This document shows, piece by piece, positions 27,951 to 37,280 of a stretch of DNA of 55,990 nt. The position numbers and the translations under genes are program-made. The notes below the pieces were generated by a model. That model ran no database searches, was not told the origin of the DNA, and saw only the letters and a program-made list of their open reading frames with translations. Where the stretch lies: positions 69,028-125,017 of the forward strand of contig MQRK01242253.1 in NCBI GenBank assembly GCA_001938485.1. Reading direction: 5' to 3'. This stretch comes from Girardia tigrina (taxonomy: Eukaryota). The first letter of the stretch is position 1. Each line of letters starts with the position of its first letter.

Positions 27951-29465
27951 CAGTCAAATTCGTGTATTAGCAATTCGTCTAATAGCAAAATTCACCTAAT
28001 AGCAAGTTGTTACAAAGCACCGGCAAAATGACCATCTATATCACACAAATGAGTTTGCGTAATATCATGTCGCATAATATCAAGATTTGCTTTATAGCAA
28101 AAACTTCTCAGTCACCAATATGAAATTAATTCGCTTATTAGCAGACTAAGTACAACCCACGTGCATGCATTGGCGATGCTGTATCTGAGCATGAGTCATT
28201 TGGCTGTGCAATACGGAACTCTTTTATCAGAGCGACGCCTAGCCCTTTGTAGGAATACGGGCATGCACAGCGGAAGATGTAAGCCACCCCCATGCATGCA
28301 GCCCTGCTGTCTCTATCGTCCATTTCCACTCACCGCCTTATACACTAGGGTGTATCTTTGTCAAAAAGGTGTGTTTTGATAGTGATAAAAAGTTTATACA
28401 AGTTCATATTGTTCATATATGACAAAAAAGTTTGTTTTAACTGCGTTTATAATCCCCGACAATTAAATTTTTACTAGCATAATATTCACATAGTGTATAT
28501 ATTCGAGAAAACACTAGGTATTGATTTTTTTCAAAAATGTTGATATGGAATCTGACTATTCATATATGAGTTACTATACATGTGTTAAAACAGATTTTTC
28601 ATATTTTGCTTGCTTCGCCCTCTATAACCTATGGGCATTCAACACCACTTTACACTATAATACGCAACATATCAATAAAGCATTAGGGATTGATTTTTTC
28701 AAAGATCTAAGATTACTATTGATCTATGGGTTCATATATGTGTTCAGACAGAATTTCGATATCTTAATACCTCGGACCTCTATATACTATGAGAGTTCGG
28801 CCCCACTTTATATTATATAAAAAGCATGAATATATTGCAATTTTCTCACTTGCACTAACCCTAAGTAGGTTGCACATGTGATGTATTGATTAGCACGTGT
28901 GCACTATATATTTTGAAAAAATCTATATCTAGTGCTTTATTGAAATGTTGTGTATTATAGTGTAAAGTGGTGTTTTCATATTGTTTTGTTGTTTTTATAA
29001 CACGAGTATGTTTTGATGTCTACATACATATAAATATTTATGTTTTAAATTAAAAAGTAAATATATGTTTATATTTATAACCTTTTAATAATTTTTTAAG
29101 TCTTGTGTTAACGATTGATTTAATTATAACTGGCTCGAAAAATAATCGATTTATTATAATCCTTAACTGGTTCAAAAATTCAGAAATTTGAACGGAGATT
29201 TTATTCTATAAAATGTTCTTTGTTAGTACAAAAACGGGTCAAATAAATCTTGTTGGCCCCTCGTATCTAACATGCCGCTATTTGCATGGGTAAAAGAGTA
29301 TAGAAACAACAAACAAGTGTTGCGAACACTATAGGGGCCATTAAAACACAATTAAAGTGGTTAACTGAAACGGTATTTTGAGAATGCCAACTTCAAAGTG
29401 CAAATTTGTCTAATAACAAGTTTTTTTCTGACTTTTTCCGACTTGCTAATATGCAAATTCTACTG
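27951..29465. mobile_element. pogo/Tigger-type non-autonomous element (~1.5 kb)
   Basis: TA-CAGTCAAATTCGTGTATTAGCAA at the left, TTGCTAATATGCAAATTCTACTG-TA at the right (imperfect TIR). Repeated TAATAGCAA subterminal motifs and an internal ~60-bp inverted repeat (28644-28704 / 28911-28972). Confidence 0.6.
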
Positions 29466-29699
29466 TATATAAATTTAAATTATCATAGTAGTTTTCAGAA
29501 TAAATCGATTCGATTAAAGTTTTCGTAAACAATTTCGTTGAGTAGTTTTGAAAGACCTGATTTCTGAAATTTATTAGACCGTTCAGTACCGATGGAGACA
29601 TAAGCGATATTAATTAACACTATTACTAAACAATAAGCGCATAATACACCTGTTCTCGTTTAAATATGCCGTGTAGGCATTTGGATATATTCCTATATA

Positions 29700-30901
29700 T
29701 TAGGTTGTTCGATATGAAACGGGTCAAACTTCACACCTTACATTTCAATCGCGTATAACTTAACTTTGAACTATCGTATGAAAATAAATAAGGTATTTCT
29801 TGACAGATATATTATTCCTCTTTAAAAATCAATTATTTAATTTCAAATATATTGAATAGTTTTTCGTCAACAAACAATCAAACAGCGCAATGGAAATCAG
29901 TGAAATCAGAATTTTAATGAAATATGAGTTCCAACGTGGAGCCACAACACGTCAGGCAGTTGGAAATATCAACAGTGTGTATCCNNNNNNNNNNNNNNNN
30001 NNNNNNNNNNNNNNNNNNNNNNNNNNNNNNNNNNNNNNNNNNNNNNNNNNNNNNNNNNNNNNNNNNNNNNNNNNNNNNNNNNNNNNNNNNNNNNNNNNNN
30101 NNNNNNNNNNNNNNNNNNNNNNNNNNNNNNNNNNNNNNNNNNNNNNNNNNNNNNNNNNNNNNNNNNNNNNNNNNNNNNNNNNNNNNNNNNNNNNNNNNNN
30201 NNNNNNNNNNNNNNNNNNNNNNNNNNNNNNNNNNNNNNNNNNNNNNNNNNNNNNNNNNNNNNNNNNNNNNNNNNNNNNNNNNNNNNNNNNNNNNNNNNNN
30301 NNNNNNNNNNNNNNNNNNNNNNNNNNNNNNNNNNNNNNNNNNNNNNNNNNNNNNNNNNNNNNNNNNNNNNNNNNNNNNNNNNNNNNNNNNNNNNNNNNNN
30401 NNNNNNNNNNNNNNNNNNNNNNNNNNNNNNNNNNNNNNNNNNNNNNNNNNNNNNNNNNNNNNNNNNNNNNNNNNNNNNNNNNNNNNNNNNNNNNNNNNNN
30501 NNNNNNNNNNNNNNNNNNNNNNNNNNNNNNNNNNNNNNNNNNNNNNNNNNNNNNNNNNNNNNNNNNNNNNNNNNNNNNNNNNNNNNNNNNNNNNNNNNNN
30601 NNNNNNNNNNNNNNNNNNNNNNNNNNNNNNNNNNNNNNNNNNNNNNNNNNNNNNNNNNNNNNNNNNNNNNNNNNNNNNNNNNNNNNNNNNNNNNNNNNNN
30701 NNNNNNNNNNNNNNNNNNNNNNNNNNNNNNNNNNNNNNNNNNNNNNNNNNNNNNNNNNNNNNNNNNNNNNNNNNNNNNNNNNNNNNNNNNNNTGTTGACA
30801 ACATGGGGGGATATTTTGATTAAAAATAAAATGTTATTATTTAAAAAAAATCGATTTACATTTTACTTTAATTTTGACCCGTTTCATATCGAACAACCTA
30901 A
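29700..30901 (+). mobile_element. Full-length-like mariner with perfect TIRs; transposase (29890-30823) mostly in N-gap
   Basis: Perfect 29-bp TIR TTAGGTTGTTCGATATGAAACGGGTCAAA with TA on both sides. ORF starts MEISEIRILMKYEFQRG and ends CVDNMGGYFD*. Confidence 0.93.
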
Positions 30902-30978
30902 TATAAAAATATATTAAAAATTAAAAAAAATAAAGTTACCAATTAGAATCGACCTTGTATGCATTTATTATTAATTAT

Positions 30979-31676
30979 CAGTGGTGTCCAACCTTTGTGT
31001 ACGTAACATCGACTTTTTTCTTAAAAATGTGTCGCGATCGACTTGTTGTCATAGTTGTAGTTTAAGGGGAGATTGGGAAGTTAGAAATACATACTATGTT
31101 TTTACATTATGTTATAATACAAGATATACTACTACAAAAATTCCGTGTTTCCACACTTTGAAGATAAATTTCAAATAAATATGAGTAATTAACAATATTT
31201 GATTATTCAAATTAGCTACAAAAAAATTAATTTTTTTCGATTTTTAGACCATTGAAATGGAGTGTCAAGTCGACAAAAATGAGCATTTCCGACACCATTT
31301 ATTGTTTGTGTATAATCGAGGCACCAAAGCCGCAGACGCTGCCCGAGAGCTTTGTACTGTATACGGAGAAGGTGCTATAGCTGATAGAACCGCTCGTGAT
31401 TGGTTCGCAAAATTTAAAATTGGCAATTTTGACCTCAAGGATGCACCTCATTCAGGACGACCAAAAAAATTCGATGAAGAACGTTTGAACCAACTTTTGC
31501 AAAGCAAACTAAAAAACGGAGAAGTATAGTGATTGCTTAATTTTTTTTAATATTTGTGTTTACAAAAAAAAATTTTTTACAAATTTTTTTTTCATTTTCA
31601 GTCTGTAGTCGAAGATCGACCCAAAGTCGTGCCGCGATCGACTCGTAGATCGCGATCGCCTGTTTGGGCAGCACTG
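30979..31676. mobile_element. hAT (Buster/Charlie-like) non-autonomous element containing a mariner fragment
   Basis: CAGTGGTGTCCAAC... at the left, ...GTTTGGGCAGCACTG at the right, with GATCGAC subterminal repeats at both ends. No exact TSD. Confidence 0.6.
31257..31529 (+). pseudogene. Mariner transposase N-terminal HTH fragment joined to a C-terminal remnant
   Basis: MECQVDKNEHFRHHLLF...AARELCTVYGEGAIADRTARDWFAKFK...SGRP, then a jump to an NGE-like C-terminus. No mariner TIRs seen. Confidence 0.85.
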
Positions 31677-31899
31677 ATATAGATCATACATCATTTGTAA
31701 ATGTCAAAAAAATATAAATATAAATTGTCCACAAACAAAAAAAGGCATGCATTATCAAAACATCATACAAACATAATTTTGGAGCATTAAAATATATTCA
31801 TAAGCATTTGCTTATGACAGCTCACACATTTTAATAAATAACTAGAAAAAGTAAATTTTAAAAAATTAACGCAAAACAGCCAGATACGAGTAGCTTAAA

Positions 31900-33140
31900 G
31901 ATTCCTGCATCACAAATGGATGTGGGAAATATTATCCCTAAGCTAGTGCCCATCTGTCACTAGGACTTGATGTGCACGAATGATAAGACGAAATGGAAAT
32001 TTATCTGAAAACGCTTCATTACATCGGTTTCATAAGCATAAAAATATTCTTTAGAATTTTATACTCATCCCATACTTTATGATTTATCTTCAAGTGTTTC
32101 AAGATTGGATCAGTAGACAGTAAATCAAGTCCGATGGTCAAGGAATACTCTATTGTTTTTCCAAGATCATTGAATAAGAAGTGTTAGTCTGAACAAATCC
32201 ACAATACGGGATCTCTTCCTTTACCAAATTGAACGGCATAAATCTAAGCGCGACTCGCCGATATCGGGCACTCAAACACAAAACTCCTAGGTCCCTCTTA
32301 CGAGTTAAAGTATATTCCGTATATAAATTTCAACATGATTCTGTAGTGACTAATGAGGATGCACTTTCTATGCAGCTAAATCCAAGTTGATATTAAGATC
32401 TTTATAGACAAAATAAACAATAAAAATAATCTTTAATTTTTATTTAATAATTTAATAACATAGATGTGTTTCTTTGAACAAAAAACTTCAAAACGTGATC
32501 TTTTCCTTTACCAAATTCATTGGTATTTTAAAATCTAAACGCGACTCGCCAATATCTGGCACCCCCAACACAAAACTCCAAAGTCTTTCTAGCAATTTAA
32601 AGTGGATTCCGCGAGGAAATTCCGACATGATTCTGTAGTGATTAATGAGGTGCGGTTTCGATGCAGCTAAATCCGAGTTGATACTGTCTGACTTCTTTAT
32701 GTAGCCAATGTTTTTGGTGAATGTTTTTGTCGTAAACATCGGACATCTCGAAATCTAAATTGCATTTGCAAGAGCGTCCCAGCTCGCATTTACGCATTAT
32801 GCAGAGCGAGCAATCGAGAACGCTGTGGAACGAATGTTATACTGCCCCCCATATATTATGTAATTTGTATCGATTATATGAATTCGATTAAAAGTACAAG
32901 AATTTCTGCACTCAGATGCTGCTGCTGCTAAATTTACCATATGCGACTTTATTTTCATCAAGAAGATACTGTACGTTCATATAATTTATTTTTTAATGTG
33001 CCATGTGGCGCGTGATGAGATGCGCTTGGAACTTCTATACTGACTCTACACAATCAGGTGCCACTGCTTAAATTGTCTGAATGACAGTGTGATCATTTAC
33101 AGATATTTCATGCAGTAATCTCTTTGTCGCATTTCTAATC
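31900..33140 (-). pseudogene. Degenerate telomerase reverse transcriptase (TERT)-like fragment (IFD to C-terminal extension) with internal duplication
   Basis: Ordered motifs by hand translation: AEILVLLIEFI..TNYIIYGGQY/VPQRSRL (IFD end and motif B'), VLGVPDIG (D), IPYCG (E), TIEYSLTI, PILKHLKIN..KILKNIF..KRF (CTE). Many stops and frameshifts, catalytic DD not intact. Confidence 0.6.
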
Positions 33141-33360
33141 GCGACCGGGCGTAGCTAAACTGTTGCGCGGGTCTCCGCTCTCACACCGCATGGAACCCAC
33201 ACCCAAATCGCCCTCGGCGCGTAACCGCATCAATCGATATTTGAAAGAAACACAAACAAAAACGCAAAACAAGAACGAAACTCCAATTTACAAACATATT
33301 TATATATGCATTAACATCGAATTAAATATATTCAAACTCGAGTGCCGTCCGAGCGACCGA

Positions 33361-34239
33361 CTAGATCTTGTTGAAGGCGGCGATGTCGACCGACTGCACG
33401 AGCTCCTCGAACTCGGTGATCCTCTCCTCGAGGAAGTCCGTGCCGACCTTGTCGTCCTCGACCACGCACGAGATCTGCAGCTTCTTGATGCCGTAGCCGA
33501 CCGGCACGAGCTTGCTCGAGCCCCACAGCAGCCCGTCGGCCGCGACCGAGCGCACGCACCGCTCCATCTCCTTCATGTCCGTCTCGTCGTCCCACGGCTT
33601 CACGTCGAGGATGATGTTGGACTTGGCCACCAGCACCGGCTTGTGGGCCTTCTTCTCGTTGTAGGCGCGCACGCGCTCCTCCTTCAGCCGCTCGTTCTCC
33701 TCGTCGTCTTCGTCCGACCCGAATAGGTCGATATCGTCCTCGTTGCTATTGGCTACCACAGCCGCTTCCTTCTTATCGGTATTCGTCGTCGGTGTCGCTT
33801 CCATCTTCAAAACCGTCTCGATTTTATCCAATCGACAATTGATCTTCTTAATCGCTAAGGAAAAGAAATTATTTTTATCGATTTATTTTATTTAGATTTA
33901 CTCTCCAAAATTTCCTTGTGATTTCGCTGCATTTCTTCGAATATCGAGCAATCGATCGATGAAACCTGATAGAAAATGATCGAAAATCAATACGGATTAG
34001 ATATCGGAAAATCATCAAACCGATGGGACCGTTGTGAGAAGAGTCGATTTGATTTGATCACGTGCTCTTTCGATTTCTTCGATGATTCGTGTTTTTCCCG
34101 CGCATTTTTCTGTGTTTTTGGAGACTGGAGATTCGTTTACTATCACCGTGTGTTGTTCGGTTGGTTTGTATAACGATTTCACGTAGTCTTGTTCGGCGGA
34201 ATGGAATCCGGGAAATTGTACAACGTTGTCAAGATTCAT
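33361..34239 (-). CDS. EEF1D: Translation elongation factor 1-delta (eEF1B family), 3 exons: 34239-34021, 33965-33902, 33854-33361; 258 aa
   Basis: DIDLFGSD acidic region and GEF domain ([16 protein letters not shown]...[15 protein letters not shown]...VDIAAFNKI). Delta-type [12 protein letters not shown] plus leucine-zipper-like segment. GT-AG introns of 55 and 47 nt keep the frame (777 nt total). Confidence 0.93.
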
Positions 34240-34868
34240 AATTTTGAAATTCGATCGAATTGGTTCGATTAAAACAAGTGATTTTTTTTAACAATTATAA
34301 AAATTAGAGAAAAACCAACAAAATTTATTCGTTTTAAATTGTATTTTGAAATTTTTCAAAATTAAGTTTTTTTTAAAAAATAAAATTGGTATTCGATTTT
34401 CACTAATTTTTTTTATAATAAAACAATGTATTTCAATTTTTCGTAAATTGTATTTCAAAAAATAAAAATTGCATATTTTTCGATATCAAAAATTATATTT
34501 CAAAATAATAAAAGTTATATTTCATTTCCATTAAATATTTTCGAAAGATAATAAATATATTTTTGATACCGTGATCGTATTTGATCTTCTTTATTTAAGA
34601 AGAAAAATGTTAATCAAGGTAACAATTGAAAGATAAATTTAAAAAACATGTTAAAATTATAAATTACAAGAAAATCAAAATTATAATTTTCTTCCTATAA
34701 TTTTGTATTTTTAATAACTTCTTTTCATCAATTTTATTAAATAAATATAAGGGCTCTTTTTTAAATTGATGGTTATTCAAAAGAAGATATAAGATGGTTA
34801 ACCAAAGCTGAGAAAATGGACCACAAGTATGAAACGAGTTAAGAGTGTGACGTTGTAAGTCTCATAAT

Positions 34869-35000
34869 TAGAGGTGGGCACGTTTAGCGTTTAAACGACC
34901 GTTTAAACGTTTTCGTTTTTAAGGACGTTTAAACGTTTAGCAATTTATAAACGAGCGTGTAATTCTTAACTTGAAATTTATTAAACGTAATTAAATATTT
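34869..35000. mobile_element. Orphan hAT-like terminus
   Basis: TAGAGGTGGGC followed by repeated CGTTTAAACG motifs. No partner end found. Confidence 0.35.
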
Positions 35001-35344
35001 TTATTAGATGTAAAATAATTTAAATTATGTTGATTTTCAATATTTTTTCAAGTAACAAAGTTTTAAAAACGCGATATTGTATTGAAGTATTGTTTTCTGA
35101 TATATCATAAAATTTAATTTTTTTTCATGGAAATAATTAAGTCATACCGTTATTATTGGATTTACGTATATAAAATATTAAATCTATTTAACGAATTGGC
35201 ATTAAAAAAATTTTCATTTTAAAATAGAAAATTCGAGTTTAATTCAACACAATAAAATAAATTTATTTTAATCAAATAAGTAAAAAGTAATATGAGTTAT
35301 AAGTATACAATTTTCGACATTGTCGACCCGATCCCACGGCAACT

Positions 35345-35720
35345 CTGGGTGCAGGCACACAACGCCGCCACCAACCGATCACCGTATCGCTTGTAGACCA
35401 AAGCTTCCCAGAAGTTTTCTTTATCGAGGCAACTACTTTCGCTACCACGCACAAAAAAATTAACTTTCTTATAGACTATGGTTCTGCAGCATCACTTTCC
35501 CCACTTTCTTTCCAACCCGAACGGAATAGTCACAGCCTAGACGTTCTAAGAGAAGCTAATGGCTCCCCAATTTGAACAACATGGTCCATAATATTGTATT
35601 TCAACCTGCAACCTTTTGAATAACTTTTCACAAGGAATTTTAATGTGGCCGACGTCGAATTCCCGATCTTAGGAGCCGATTTTTTAAGTCACTTTGGCAT
35701 CCTCATACATATGTGCAAAA
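35345..35720 (+). mobile_element. Ty3/gypsy protease remnant
   Basis: NFLIDYGSAASL...ANGSPI...FNVADVEFPILGADFLSHFGIL, a retropepsin pattern. Confidence 0.75.
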
Positions 35721-35830
35721 TAAACAATTACAGATCACTACACCAAAGGACAACACCCACAAGCATACAGCTCCTATACTAAAAACGTCAATCAGGTAGA
35801 AATTGATAAAAAACCGTTACTCCAAATTAA

Positions 35831-37020
35831 CTAATATGATGTACGCTTTAGTCCCTCAAACAATAGCCATACACTAAGATGACTACAATGAAAAATTGAG
35901 TTGAGAGCATCATGAAAACCTTCGTAGCAATTTGTAGTTTTTGATGTGACGGAAAAATAAGTAATAAGTTCATTATAACTGTCATAAAGAAAAAAATGAA
36001 AAAGGTGGTGGTAAATTTTCCCAACATAATTCACTGGAAGAAAAGATAATGCAGCCATTGACTTTATCAGTTTGTTAACATCAGTATCAGTGTCAAACTC
36101 TCTTTTAAGCCCTATAGACTTAACTTTTCTAAGCCAAACTCTGAGATAGATTAAAATAACATGGTTATGTGCCACCACATTCTCGTCTTTTAAAATTATT
36201 TGTTGAACAAGAAAAACTAAATTTTTCATGAAAAATTTTGTTGTCGATGTTTCTTATTTAATGTTCGTTTTGTATCACAATTACAAAATGATTGCAATTT
36301 TTTATTATTATCAAATCTTCTTTTATTTATTAAATGAATTTGTGTTTTTACAACAAAGAAAATTTGGAAATATTTTTTTTACATTTTGTTATTTGATTTC
36401 ATTTTTATATATAGTGTATTTATTATTATCGAATTTATATTTCTTTTAATTTATCAAAAATGTAAAATAATATGGAAAATAAATGTCATGCTTTATAATT
36501 GTTTAAATAAACTATTGTTATTATTAAATAAACGTTTTATCTCAAATCTTCGCTTCTAAGATAAAAAATTCTGTATTATTTTTTCTTTACCTGTCTCAGA
36601 AATCAATTTCTATTACAAAATAAAATCGATTAATCCCGTATTTCCCAATGACCGAATTTTCATCACAACAATTAACAACGAAACCATTTTCTTGACTCTA
36701 TCATCGCTTGGAAGTCGCGTACAAAAATCGCCGATTTTACGAATCACGAGTCCGTCGTCCTGACGAATTTACAATAAGCATTCTTTTATTTCTGTATTAG
36801 GAACTGCAGCACTAGCAGCATTCGTACAAGCTTTTTCGAAATCAACTAATATTTTACGAGACTTTAGATTTGGAATAAAATATTTTAAGATTTGAAACAT
36901 CCATGTATAGACTGTTCCATCTTTCTTCTAAAGAAGAAAATACACACAGGGCTTGATGCAGCGCGGTATAGTCCGTAAGTGAAACCCGGAAAAGGCCAAA
37001 TGCGAAAAAGTCCTAGAACC
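35831..37020 (-). mobile_element. Deleted MULE transposon split by a ~600-bp insertion
   Basis: CVYFLL...ILVDFEKA (36950-36780) and WLRKVKSIGL...AALSFLP...TNCYEGFH..H.SVW (36180-35831). Terminus AAAAGTCCTAGAACC at 37020 resembles the MULE end at 11045. Confidence 0.75.
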
Positions 37021-37280
37021 AATTTATTTTAATAATAAAACTTAGTACTTTATGTAAGTTATGATTATAGTTCCTCAATTACCGTATGTTTTATTTTAGC
37101 GGTAAACGGTAAATTAACAATCGTATTACCGGTAAAACCGGTAAATTTCGGTAATAAACTTTTTAACAGAAATTAAAACAAAATCATGGTTTAATTGAAA
37201 AAAAACATTACAATATGTTTATTTCATACATATTATATAAAAAAACCATTCAAGAAAAGAACTAAATACAAAAATTCAAA

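Noticed and set aside
29914-30823. Long X-filled ORFs here and at 21429-21711, 38074-38452 and 50661-50849
   Set aside because: Artefacts of translating through N-gaps.
33163-33726. 187-aa plus-strand ORF, and the 87-aa alternate-frame minus ORF at 33332-33595
   Set aside because: Shadow ORFs over EF1-delta. Extreme GC3 removes stop codons from the antisense and alternate frames.
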